From the NCBI GenBank assembly GCA_009914755.4, contig CP086569.2:28608001-28672000 (forward strand): DNA of 64,000 bases, written 5' to 3'. The notes under the pieces were generated by a model. That model was not told the DNA's origin, ran no database searches, and was given only the letters and a program-made list of their open reading frames with translations. Positions 28,283 through 42,311 of the stretch are shown piece after piece (position 1 is the first letter of the stretch; each line of letters begins with the position of its first letter). This DNA is from the human T2T-CHM13v2.0 reference genome, Homo sapiens. Made by a program: the position numbers and the translations under genes.

Positions 28283-31200
28283 CTCGAATGGAAATCACTC
28301 GAATAGAATGCAATTTAATAAAATAGGATGAAATGTAATGGAATGGAATGGAAAGGAATCAAAACGAAAGGAATGGAGACAGATGGAATGGAATGGAACA
28401 GAGAGCAATGGTATAGAATGGAATGGAATCATCTGAAATGGAATTGAATGGAATGGAATAATATGAAATGGAATGGAATGGAATGGAATGCCCTTGAATT
28501 AAATGGACTGGAATGGAATGGACTCGAACAGAGTGGAATGGAAAGTGTTGAGATAGAATGGAATGGACTCGTTTGGAATGGTCTAGTATGCAATGCAATC
28601 GACTGGCAGGGAATCAAAAGGAATGTAATCGAATGGATTGGACTGGAATGCAATGGACTCGAATAGATTGGAAACGGAATGCAAAGGAATGGAATGGAAT
28701 AGTATGGAATGGAATGGAAAGGAATGGAGTGGAATAGACTAGAGTGGAATGGAATGGACTCGAAAGCAATGGACTGGAAATGGAACTTTCTTGAATGGAC
28801 TGGAATCAGAGAATCAAATGGAATTGAATCGAATGGAATCGAATGGATTGGAAAGGAATAGAATGGAATGGAATGGAATTGACTCAAATGGAATGGACTA
28901 GAATGGAATGGATTCGAATGGAAGGCAAAGGAATGGAATCTATTGGAATGGACTGCAATGGAATGGAATGGAAGGGATTGGAATGGACTCGAATGGAATG
29001 GACTGCAATAGAAAGGATTCGAATGGAATGAAAAAGAATTGAATGGAATAGAACAGAATGGAATCAAATCGAATGAAATGGAATGGAATAGAAAGGAATG
29101 GAATGAAATGGAATGGAAAGGATTCGAATGGAATGCAATCGAATGGAATGGAATCGAACGGAATGGAATAAAATGGAAGAAAACTGGCAAGAAATGGAAT
29201 CGAAATGAATGGAGTGTTATGGAACGGACTCAAAAGGAATTGAATGTAATAGAATGGAGTGGAGTGGACTCGAATATAATGGACTGGAATGGAATGAAAT
29301 CACATGGAATGGGAACGAATGGAATGGAATGGAAAGGAATCGAATGGAAGGGAATGAAATTGAATCAACAGGAATGGAATGGAATAGAATAGACGGTAAT
29401 GGAATGGACTCGAATAGAATGGACACGAATGCTCAAATTGAATGGACTCGAATGGAATGGAAACGAAAGGAATGTCATCGAATGGAATTGAATCGATTGG
29501 AATGAAATGGCATAGAATGGAGTGGAATCAAATGGAATTGAATCGAAAGAAAGGAAGCGAATGGACTGAAATGAAATGGAATGGAATTGAATGGAAAGTA
29601 ATGCAATGGAATAGAATGGAACGAAATTTCACGGAATGGAATCAAACTGAACGGAATCAAATCAAGGGAATATAATCAAATGGAATGGAAAGGAATTGAA
29701 TGGAGTAGATGGGATTGGATGGGATTGGAATGAAATGTACTGGAAAGGACTCGAATTTCATGAAACCGAATGGAATGAATTGGAACGGAATGGACTCGAA
29801 TGGAATGGAATGTCATGGAATGGCATCAAATGGAATGGCATCAAATGGAATGGAATCGAATGCAATGGAATGCTATGGAATGGAATGGAATGCATTGGAA
29901 TGGAATGTCCTCTAATGGAATGGATTCGAGTGGAATGGAATCGAATATAATGGAGTCGAATGAAATGGAATTGAAAGGAATGGGATCGAATACAATGGAA
30001 TATACTGGAATGTAATGTAATGAACTCGAATGTAATTGACTGGAATGGAATGTACATGAATGGAATGTAATCGAATGGAAAGTAATCCAATGGAATAGAA
30101 TCTAATGCAATAAAATCGACTCAGATAGAGTAGAATGTAATGGAATGGAGTGCAGTGCAATGGAATGGAATGGAATGCAATGGAATGGAATGGAATGGAA
30201 TGGAATGGGATGGAATGGTATGGAATGGATAGTAATGGACTGGAGTGAAATGGACTGGAAAGGAATGGACTCAAATTGAAAGGGCTCGAAAGGAATGGAG
30301 TCAAATGGAATGGTCTGGAATGGAATGAACACGAATGTAATGCAATCTAATAGAATGGAATCGAATGGCATGGAATATAAAGAAATGGAATCGAAGAGAA
30401 TGGAAACAAACGGAATGGAATTGAATGGAATGGAATTGAATGGAATGGGAACGAATGGAGTGAAATTGTATGCAGTAGAAGAGAATAGAATGGAATGCAA
30501 GCAAAAAGAAAGGAATGGATTGGAATGGAATGGAATTCATTGGAATGGAAGGGAATGTAGTGTAATGGACAGGCCTGGAATAAAGTGGAATGCTACGGTC
30601 TCGAATGGAATAAAAATGTATGGAATGGAATGCAATGAAACGGAATCGAATGTCATAGAATGTAATGGAATGCAAAAAAATGGAATCCAAAATCATTGAC
30701 TGGAAAGGCTGGGTGTCGAAAGGAATTGACTCCAATGGAATGGAATCGAATGGAATGGAAGTGAATAGAATCGAACTAAATCGAATGGAAAGGAATTGAT
30801 AGTAACGGAATGGAAAGGAATGAAATGATTTGGCATGGAATGGAATCGAATGGCATCGAATGGAATGGAATGGAATGCAATGCAATGGAATGTATTAGAA
30901 TGTAATGAACTTTAATGGAATGTACTCGAATGGATTCGACTGGAATGGAATGTTCTGGAAGTGAATGGACTCCAATGGAATGGATTGAAAAGGAATGGAA
31001 TCGTACGGAATGGAATCTAATGGAATGGAATTAAATGGAAATGAATCAAATTGAATAGCACGGAATTGAATTGAATGGAATCGAATGCAATGGAATCTAA
31101 TGAAACGGAAAGGAAAGGAATGGAATGGAATGGAATGGGCTGGAATGGAAAGGAATCGAAACGAATGGAATGGAATCGAACTGAAGAGACTGGAATGGAA

Positions 31201-31749
31201 TGCACTGGAATGGAAGGGAGTGTAATGGAAGGTTCTCGAAAAAAATGGAATCGAATGGAATGGAATTGAATGGAACGGAATAGAGTCGAATGGAAATGAA
31301 TGGAATGGAATGGACTAGAGTGAAATGGAATCGAACCACAAGGAATGGACAGGAATAGAATGGTCTCGAATTGAACGGAATCGTATGGAATGGCATCAAA
31401 CGGAATGGAATGGACAGCCACGGAATGGAATGCACTCGAATACAATGGAGTGGAAACTAATAGACTGGAATGGAATGGACTCGACTGGTACGGACTCCAA
31501 TGGAATGGAATCGAATGGAAGGGAATCGAACGGAATGGACTCGAAGGGAAAAGACTGCAATGGAAAGGTCTCGAATGGAATGGAAATTAATGGAATGGAA
31601 TGGAATCGAATGAAATGGAGTCAAATGGATTGGAATCGAATGGCAAGAAATCGAATGTAATGGAATCGCAAGGAGCGGATATGAACGGAACGGAATGGAA
31701 TGGAATCCAAAGGAATGGAATAGAATGGAATGGAATCGACTGGAAAGGA
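28283..31749. repeat. DYZ1-like HOR unit U8 (3467 bp, with small internal deletions)
   Basis: Landmark spacing. About 50 bp are missing near 28805 and about 20 bp near 29340 compared with other units. Confidence 0.85.
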
Positions 31750-34700
31750 CTCGAATGGAAATCACTCGAATGGAATGAAATTTAATAAAATAAGATCAAA
31801 TGTAATGGAATGGAATGGAAAGGAATCGAAACGAAAGGAATGGAGACAGATGGAATGGAATGGAACAGAGAGCAATGGTATAGAATGGAATGGTATCATC
31901 TGGAATGGAATTGAATGGAATGGAATAATATGAAATGGAATGGAATGGAATGGAATGCCCTTGAATTAAATGGACTGGAATGGAATGGACTCGAACAGAG
32001 TGGAATGGAAAGTGTTGAGATAGAATGGAATGGACTCGTTTGGAATGGTCTAGTATGCAATGCAATCGACTGGCAGGGAATCAAAAGGAATGTAATCGAA
32101 TGGATTGGACTGGAATGCAATGGACTCGAATAGATTGGAAACGGAATGCAAAGGAATGGAATGGAATAGTATGGAATGGAATGGAAAGGAATGGAGTGGG
32201 ATAGACTAGAGTGGAATAGAATGGACTCGAAAACAATGGACTGGAATGGAACTTTCTTGAATGGACTGGAATCAAACGGAATGGAATGCAATGCAATCAA
32301 ATGGCATGGAATAAAACAGAGTGAAAGAGAATCAAATGGAATTGAATCGAATGGAATCGAATGGATTGGAAAGGAATAGAATGGAATGGAATGGAATTGA
32401 CTCAAATGGAATGGACTAGAATGGAATGGATTCGAATGGAAGGCAAAGGAATGGAATCTATTGGAATGGACTGCAATGGAATGGAATGGAAGGGATTGGA
32501 ATGGACTCGAATGGAATGGACTGCCATAGAAAGGATTCGAATGGAATGAAAAAGAATTGAATGGAATAGAACAGAATGGAATCAAATCGAATGAAATGGA
32601 ATGGAATAGAAAGGAATGGAATGAAATGGAATGGAAAGGATTCGAATGGAATGCAATCGAATGGAATGGAATCGAACGGAATGGAATAAAATGGAAGAAA
32701 ACTGGCAAGAAATGGAATCGAAATGAATGGAGTGTTATGGAACGGACTCAAAAGGAATTCAATGTAATAGAATGGAGTGGAGTGGACTCGAATATAATGG
32801 ACTGGAATGGAATGAAATCACATGGAATGGGAACGAATGGAATGGAATGGAAAGGAATGGAATCGAATGGAAAGGAATCGAATGGAAGGGAATGAAATTG
32901 AATCAACAGGAATGGAAGGGAATAGAATAGACGGTAATGGAATGGACTCGAATAGAATGGACACGAATGCTCAAATTGAATGGACTCGAATGGAATGGAA
33001 ACGAAAGGAATGTCATCGAATGGAATTGAATCGATTGGAATGAAATCGCATAGAATGGAGTGGAACCAAATGGGATTGAATCGAAAGGAAAGGAAGCGAA
33101 TGGACTGAAATGAAATGGAATGGAATTGAATGGAAAGTAATGCAATGGAATAGAATGGAACGAAATTTCACGGAATGGAATCAAACTGAATGGAATCAAA
33201 TCAATGGAATATAATCAAATGGAATGGAAAGGAATTGAATGGAGTAGATGGGATTGGATGGGATTGGAATGAAATGTACTGGAAAGGACTCGAATTTTAT
33301 GAAACGGAATGGAATGAATTGGAACGGAATGGACTCGAATGGAATGGAATGTCATGGAATGGCATCAAATGGAATGGAATCGAATGCAATGGAATGCTAT
33401 GGAATGGAATGGAATGCATTGGAATGGAACGTCCTATAATGGAATGGATTCGAGTGGAATGGAATCGAATATAATGCAGTCGAATGAAATGGAATTGAAA
33501 GGAATGGGATCGAATACAATGGAATATAGCGGAATGTAATGTAATGAACTCGAATGTAATTGACTGGAATGGAATGTACATGAATGGAATGTAATCGAAT
33601 GGAAAGTAATCCAATGGAATAGAATCTAATGCAATAAAATCGACTCAGATAGAGTAGAATGTAATGGAATGGAGTGCAGTGCAATGGAATGGAATGGAAT
33701 GGAATGCAATGGAATGGAATGGAATGGAATGGAATGGAATGGGATGGAATGGTATGGAATGGATAGTAATGGACTGGAGTGAAATGGACTGGAAAGGAAT
33801 GGACTCAAATTGAAAGGGCTCGAAAGGAATGGGGTCAAATGGAATGGTCTGGAATGGAATGAACACGAATGTAATGCAATCCAATAGAATGGAATCGAAT
33901 GGCATGGAATATAAAGAAATGGAATCAAAGAGAACGGAAACAAACGGAATGGAATTGAATGGAATGGAATTGAATGGAATGGGAACGAATGGAGTGAAAT
34001 TGTATGCAGTAGAAGAGAATAGAATGGAATGCAAGCGAAAGGAAAGGAATGGATTGGAATGGAATGGAATTCATTGGAATGGAAGGGAATGTAGTGTAAT
34101 GGACAGGCCTGGAATAAAGTGGAATGCTACGGTTTCGAATGGAATAAAAATGTATGGAATGGAATGCAATGAAACGGAATCGAATGTCATAGAATGTAAT
34201 GGAATGCAAAAAAATGGAATCCAAAATCATTGACTGGAAAGGCTGGGTGTCGAAAGGAATTGACTCCAATGGAATGGAATCGAATGGAATGGAAGTGAAT
34301 AGAATCGAACTAAATCCAATGGAATGGAATTGATAGGAACGGAATGGAAAGGAATGAAATGATTTGGCATGGAATGGAATCGAATGGCATCGAATGGAAT
34401 GGAATGGAATGCAATGCAATGGAATGTATTAGAATGTAATGAATTTTAGTGGAATGTACTCGAATGGATTCGACTGGAATGGAATGTTCTGGAATTTAAT
34501 GCACTCCAATGGAATGGATTGAAAAGGAATGGAATCGTACGGAATGGAATCTAATGGAATGGAATTAAATGGAAATGAATCAAATTGAATAGCACGGAAT
34601 TGAATTGATTGGAATCGAATGCAATGGAATCTAATGAAACGGAAAGGAAAGGAATGGAACGGAATGCAATGGGCTGGAATGGAAAGGAATCGAAACGAAT

Positions 34701-35282
34701 GGAATGGAATCGAACTGAAGAGACTGGAATGGAATGCACTGGAATGGAAGGGAGTGTAATGGAAGGTTCTCGAAAAAAATGGAATCGAATGGAATGGAAT
34801 TGAATGGAACGGAATAGAGTCGAATGGAATTGAATGGAATGGAATGGACTAGAGTGAAATGGAATCGAACCACAAGGAATGGACAGGAATAGAATGGTCT
34901 CGAATTGAATGGAATCGTATGGAATGGCATCAAACGGAATGGAATGGACAGCCACGGAATGGAATGCACTCGAATGCAATGGAGTCGAAACTAATGGACT
35001 GGAATAGAATGGACTCGACTGGTACGGACTCCAATGGAATGGAATCGAATGGAAGGGAATCGAACGGAATGGACTCGAAGGGAAAAGACTGCAATGGAAA
35101 GGTCTCGAATGGAATGGAAATTAATGGAATGGAATGGAATCGAATGAAATGGAGTCAAAAGGAATGGAATCGAATGGCAAGAAATCGAATGTAATGGAAT
35201 CGCAAGGAATTGATGTCAACGGAACGGAATGGAATGGAATCCAAAGAAATGGAATAGAATGGAATGGAATCTAATGGAAAGG
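31750..35282. repeat. DYZ1-like HOR unit U9 (3533 bp)
   Basis: Landmark spacing. It is near-identical to U10. Confidence 0.85.
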
Positions 35283-38200
35283 ACTCGAATGGAAATCACT
35301 CGAATAGAATGCAATTCAATAAAATAGGATGAAATGTAATGGAATGGAATGGAAAGGAATCGAAACGAAAGGAATGGAGACAGATGGAATGGAATGGAAC
35401 AGAGAGCAATGGTATAGAATGGAATGGAATCATCTGGAATGGAATTGAATGGAATGGAATAATATGAAATGGAATGGAATGGAATGGAATGCCCTTGAAT
35501 TAAATGGACTGGAATGGAATGGACTCGAACAGAGTGGAATGGAAAGTGTTGAGATAGAATGGAATGGACTCGTTTGGAATGGTCTAGTATGCAATGCAAT
35601 CGACTGGCAGGGAATCAAAAGGAATGTAATCGAATGGATTGGACTGGAATTGAATGGACTCGAATAGATTGGAAACGGAATGCAAAGGAATGGAATGGAA
35701 TAGTATGGAATGGAATGGAAAGGAATGGAGTGGAATAGACTAGAGAAGAATGGAATGGACTCGAAAGCAATGGACTGGAATGGAACTTTCTTGAATGGAC
35801 TGGAATCAAACGGAATGGAATGCAATGCAATCAAATGGCATGGAATAAAATAGAATGAAAGAGAATCAAATGGAATTGAATCGAATGGAATCGAATGGAT
35901 TGGAAAGGAATAGAATGGAATGGAATGGAATTGATTCAAATGGAATGGACTAGAATGGAATGGATTCGAATGGAAGGCAAAGGAATGGAATCTATTGGAA
36001 TGGACTGCAATGGAATGGAATGGAAGGGATTGGAATGGACTCGAATGGAATGGACTGCAATAGAAAGGATTCGAATGGCATGAAAAAGAATTGAATGTAA
36101 TAGAACAGAATGGAATCAAATCGAATGAAATGGAATGGAATAGAAAGGAATGGAATGAAATGGAATGGAAAGGATTCGAATGGAATGCAATCGAATGGAA
36201 TGGAATCGAACGGAATGGAATAAAATGGAAGCAAACTGGCAAGAAATGGAATCGAAATGAATGGAGTGTTATGGATCGGACTCAAAAGGAATTGAATGTA
36301 ATAGAATGGAGTGGAGTGGACTCGAATATAATGGACTGGAATGGAATGAAATCACATGGAATGGGAACGAATGGAATGGAATGGAAAGGAATGGAATCGA
36401 ATGGAAAGGAATCGAATGGAAGGGAATGAAATTGAATCAACAGGAATGGAAGGGAATAGAATAGACGGTAATGGAATGGACTCGAATAGAATGGACACGA
36501 ATGCTCAAATTGAATGGACTCGAATGGAATGGAAACGAAAGGAATGTCATCGAATGGAATTGAATCGATTGGAATGAAATCGCATAGAATGGAGTGGAAC
36601 CAAATGGGATTGAATCGAAAGGAAAGGAAGCGAATGGACTGAAATGAAATGGAATGGAATTGAATGGAAAGTAATGCAATGGAATAGAATGGAACGAAAT
36701 TTCACGGAATGGAATCAAACTGAATGGAATCAAATCAATGGAATATAATCAAATGGAATGGAAAGGAATTGAATGGAGTAGATGGGATTGGATGGGATTG
36801 GAATGAAATGTACTGGAAAGGACTCGAATTTTATGAAACGGAATGGAATGAATTGGAACGGAATGGACTCGAATGGAATGGAATGTCATGGAATGGCATC
36901 AAATGGAATGGAATCGAATGCAATGGAATGCTATGGAATGGAATGGAATGCATTGGAATGGAACGTCCTATAATGGAATGGATTCGAGTGGAATGGAATC
37001 GAATATAATGCAGTCGAATGAAATGGAATTGAAAGGAATGGGATCGAATACAATGGAATATAGCGGAATGTAATGTAATGAACTCGAATGTAATTGACTG
37101 GAATGGAATGTACATGAATGGAATGTAATCGAATGGAAAGTAATCCAATGGAATAGAATCTAATGCAATAAAATCGACTCAGATAGAGTAGAATGTAATG
37201 GAATGGAGTGCAGTGCAATGGAATGGAATGGAATGGAATGCAATGGAATGGAATGGAATGGAATGGAATGGAATGGGATGGAATGGTATGGAATGGATAG
37301 TAATGGACTGGAGTGAAATGGACTGGAAAGGAATGGACTCAAATTGAAAGGGCTCGAAAGGAATGGGGTCAAATGGAATGGTCTGGAATGGAATGAACAC
37401 GAATGTAATGCAATCCAATAGAATGGAATCGAATGGCATGGAATATAAAGAAATGGAATCAAAGAGAACGGAAACAAACGGAATGGAATTGAATGGAATG
37501 GAATTGAATGGAATGGGAACGAATGGAGTGAAATTGTATGCAGTAGAAGAGAATAGAATGGAATGCAAGCGAAAGGAAAGGAATGGATTGGAATGGAATG
37601 GAATTCATTGGAATGGAAGGGAATGTAGTGTAATGGACAGGCCTGGAATAAAGTGGAATGCTACGGTTTCGAATGGAATAAAAATGTATGGAATGGAATG
37701 CAATGAAACGGAATCGAATGTCATAGAATGTAATGGAATGCAAAAAAATGGAATCCAAAATCATTGACTGGAAAGGCTGGGTGTCGAAAGGAATTGACTC
37801 CAATGGAATGGAATCGAATGGAATGGAAGTGAATAGAATCGAACTAAATCCAATGGAATGGAATTGATAGGAACGGAATGGAAAGGAATGAAATGATTTG
37901 GCATGGAATGGAATCGAATGGCATCGAATGGAATGGAATGGAATGCAATGCAATGGAATGTATTAGAATGTAATGAATTTTAGTGGAATGTACTCGAATG
38001 GATTCGACTGGAATGGAATGTTCTGGAATTTAATGCACTCCAATGGAATGGATTGAAAAGGAATGGAATCGTACGGAATGGAATCTAATGGAATGGAATT
38101 AAATGGAAATGAATCAAATTGAATAGCACGGAATTGAATTGAATGGAATCGAATGCAATGGAATCTAATGAAACGGAAAGGAAAGGAATGGAACGGAATG

Positions 38201-38817
38201 CAATGGGCTGGAATGGAAAGGAATCGAAACGAATGGAATGGAATCGAACTGAAGAGACTGGAATGGAATGCACTGGAATGGAAGGGAGTGTAATGGAAGG
38301 TTCTCGAAAAAAATGGAATCGAATGGAATGGAATTGAATGGAACGGAATAGAGTCGAATGGAATTGAATGGAATGGAATGGACTAGAGTGAAATGGAATC
38401 GAACCACAAGGAATGGACAGGAATAGAATGGTCTCGAATTGAATGGAATCGTATGGAATGGCATCAAACGGAATGGAATGGACAGCCACGGAATGGAATG
38501 CACTCGAATGCAATGGAGTCGAAACTAATGGACTGGAATAGAATGGACTCGACTGGTACGGACTCCAATGGAATGGAATCGAATGGAAGGGAATCGAACG
38601 GAATGGACTCGAAGGGAAAAGACTGCAATGGAAAGGTCTCGAATGGAATGGAAATTAATGGAATGGAATGGAATCGAATGAAATGGAGTCAAAAGGAATG
38701 GAATCGAATGGCAAGAAATCGAATGTAATGGAATCGCAAGGAATTGATGTCAACGGAACGGAATGGAATGGAATCCAAAGAAATGGAATAGAATGGAATG
38801 GAATCTAATGGAAAGGA
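35283..38817. repeat. DYZ1-like HOR unit U10 (3535 bp)
   Basis: Landmark spacing. It is near-identical to U9 and shares the private variants 'gaattttagtggaatg' and 'atggggtcaaatgg'. Confidence 0.85.
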
Positions 38818-41800
38818 CTCGAATGGAAATCACTCGAATAGAATGCAATTCAATAAAATAGGATGAAATGTAATGGAATGGAATGGAAAGGAATCGAAAC
38901 GAAAGGAATGGAGACAGATGGAATGGAATGGAACAGAGAGCAATGGTATAGAATGGAATGGAATCATCTGGAATGGAATTGAATGGAATGGAATAATATG
39001 AAATGGAATGGAATGGAATGGAATGCCCTTGAATTAAATGGACTGGAATGGAATGGACTCGAACAGAGTGGAATGGAAAGTGTTGAGATAGAATGGAATG
39101 GACTCGTTTGGAATGGTCTAGTATGCAATGCAATCGACTGGCAGGGAATCAAAAGGAATGTAATCGAATGGATTGGACTGGAATGCAATGGACTCGAATA
39201 GATTGGAAACGGAATGCAAAGGAATGGAATGGAATAGTATGGAATGGAATGGAAAGGAATGGAGTGGAATAGACTAGAGAAGAATGGAATGGACTCGAAA
39301 GCAATGGACTGGAATGGAACTTTCTTGAATGGACTGGAATCAAACGGAATGGAATGCAATGCAATCAAATGGCATGGAATAAAATAGAATGAAAGAGAAT
39401 CAAATGGAATTGAATCGAATGGAATCGAATGGATTGGAAAGGAATAGAATGGAATGGAATGGAATTGATTCAAATGGAATGGACTAGAATGGAATGGATT
39501 CGAATGGAAGGCAAAGGAATGGAATCTATTGGAATGGACTGCAATGGAATGGAATGGAAGGGATTGGAATGGACTCGAATGGAATGGACTGCAATAGAAA
39601 GGATTCGAATGGCATGAAAAAGAATTGAATGTAATAGAACAGAATGGAATCAAATCGAATGAAATGGAATGGAATAGAAAGGAATGGAATGAAATGGAAT
39701 GGAAAGGATTCGAATGGAATGCAATCGAATGGAATGGAATCGAACGGAATGGAATAAAATGGAAGCAAACTGGCAAGAAATGGAATCGAAATGAATGGAG
39801 TGTTATGGATCGGACTCAAAAGGAATTGAATGTAATAGAATGGAGTGGAGTGGACTCGAATATAATGGACTGGAATGGAATGAAATCACATGGAATGGGA
39901 ACGAATGGAATGGAATGGAAAGGAATGGAATCGAATGGAAAGGAATCGAATGGAAGGGAATGAAATTGAATCAACAGGAATGGAAGGGAATAGAATAGAC
40001 GGTAATGGAATGGACTCGAATAGAATGGACACGAATGCTCAAATTGAATGGACTCGAATGGAATGGAAACGAAAGGAATGTCATCGAATGGAATTGAATC
40101 GATTGGAATGAAATCGCATAGAATGGAGTGGAATCAAATGGAATTGAATCGAAAGGAAAGGAAGCGAATGGACTGAAATGAAATGGAATGGAATTGAATG
40201 GAAAGTAATGCAATGGAATAGAATGGAACGAAATTTCACGGAATGGAATCAAACTGAATGGAATCAAATCAATGGAATCTAATCAAATGGAATGGAAAGG
40301 AATTGAATGGAGTAGATGGGAATGGATGGGATTGGAATGAAATGTACTGGAAAGGACTCGAATTTCATGAAACGGAATGGAATGAATTGGAATGGAATGG
40401 ACTCGAATGGAATGGAATGTCATGGAATGGCATCAAATGGAATGGCATCAAATGGAATGGAATCGAATGCAATGGAATGCTATGGAATGGAATGGAATGC
40501 ATTGGAATGGAATGTCCTCTAATGGAATGGATTCGAGTGGAATGGAATCGAATATAAAGGAGTCGAATGAAATGGAATTGAAAGGAATGGGATCGAATAC
40601 AATGGAATATACTGGAATGTAATGTAATGAACTCGAATGTAATTGACTGGAATGGAATGTACATGAATGGAATGTAATCGAATGGAAAGTAATCCAATGG
40701 AATAGAATCTAATGCAATAAAATCGATTCAGATAGAGTAGAATGTAATGGAATGGAGTGCAGTGCAATGGAATGGAATGGAATGGAATGCAATGGAATGG
40801 AATGGAATGCAATGGAATGGGATGGAATGGTATGGAATGGATAGTAATGGACAGGAGTGAAATGGACTGGAAAGGAATGGACTCAAATTTAAAGGGCTCG
40901 AAAGGAATGGAGTCAAATGGAATGGTCTGGAATGGAATGAACACGAATGTAATGCAATCCAAGAGAATGGAATCGAATGGCATGGAATATAAAGAAATGG
41001 AATCGAAGAGAATGGAAACAAACGGAATGGAATTGAATGGAATGGAATTGAATGGAATGGGAACGAATGGAGTGAAATTGTATGCAGTAGAAGAGAATAG
41101 AATGGAATGCAAGCGAAAGGAAAGGAATGGATTGGAATGGAATGGAATTCATTGGAATGGAAGGGAATGTAGTGTAATGGACAGGCCTGGAATAAAGTGG
41201 AATGCTACGGTCTCGAATGGAATAAAAATGTATGGAACGGAATGCAATGAAACGGAATCGAATGTCATAGAATGTAATGGAATGCAAAAAAATGGACTCC
41301 TAAATCATTGACTGGAAAGGCTGGGTTTCGAAAGGAATTGACTCCAATGGAATGGAATCGAATGGAATGGAAGTGAATAGAATCGAACTAAATCGAATGG
41401 AATGGAATTGATAGGAACGGAATGGAAAGGAATGAAATGATTTGGCATGGAATGGAATCGAATGGCATCGAATGGAATGGAATGGAATGCAAAGCAATGG
41501 AATGTATTAGAATGTAATGAACTTTAATGGAATGTACTCGAATGGATTCGACTGGAATGGAATGTTCTGGAAGTGAATGCACTCCAATGGAATGGATCCA
41601 AAAGGAATGGAATCATACAGAATGGAATCTAATGGAATGGAATTAAATGGAAATGAATCAAATTGAATAGCACGGAATTGAATTGAATGGAATCGAATGC
41701 AATGGAATCTAATGAAACGGAAAGGAAAGGAATGGAATGGAATGGAATGGGCTGGAATGGAAAGGAATCGAAACGAATGGAATGGAATCGATCTGAAGAG

Positions 41801-42311
41801 ACTGGAATGGAATGCACTGGAATGGAAGGGAGTGTAATGGAAGGTTCTCGAAAAACATGGAATCGAATGGAATGGAATTGAATGGAACGGAATAGACTCG
41901 AATGGAATTGAATGGAATGGAATGGACTAGAGTGAAATGGAATCGTATGGAATGACATCAAACGGAATGGAATGTACAGCCACGGAATGGAATGCACTCG
42001 AATGCAATGGAGTCGAAACTAATGGACTGGAGTAGAATGGACTCGACTGGTACGGACTCCAATGGAATGGAATAGAATGGAAGGGAATCGAACGGAATGG
42101 ACTCGAAGGGAAAAGACTGCAATGGAAAGGTCTCGAATGGAATGGAAATTAATGGAATGGAATGGAATCGAATGAAATGGAGTCAAAAGGAATGGAATCG
42201 AATGGCAAGAAATCGAATGTAATGGAATCGCAAGGAATGGATGTGAACGGAACGGAATGGAATGGAATCCAAAGGAATGGAATAGAATGGAATGGAATCG
42301 AATGGAAAGGA
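38818..42311. repeat. DYZ1-like HOR unit U11 (3494 bp, with a 50-bp deletion)
   Basis: Landmark spacing. The deletion sits near 41941 relative to 'aatcgaaccacaaggaatggacaggaatagaatggtctcgaattgaacgg'. Confidence 0.85.
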
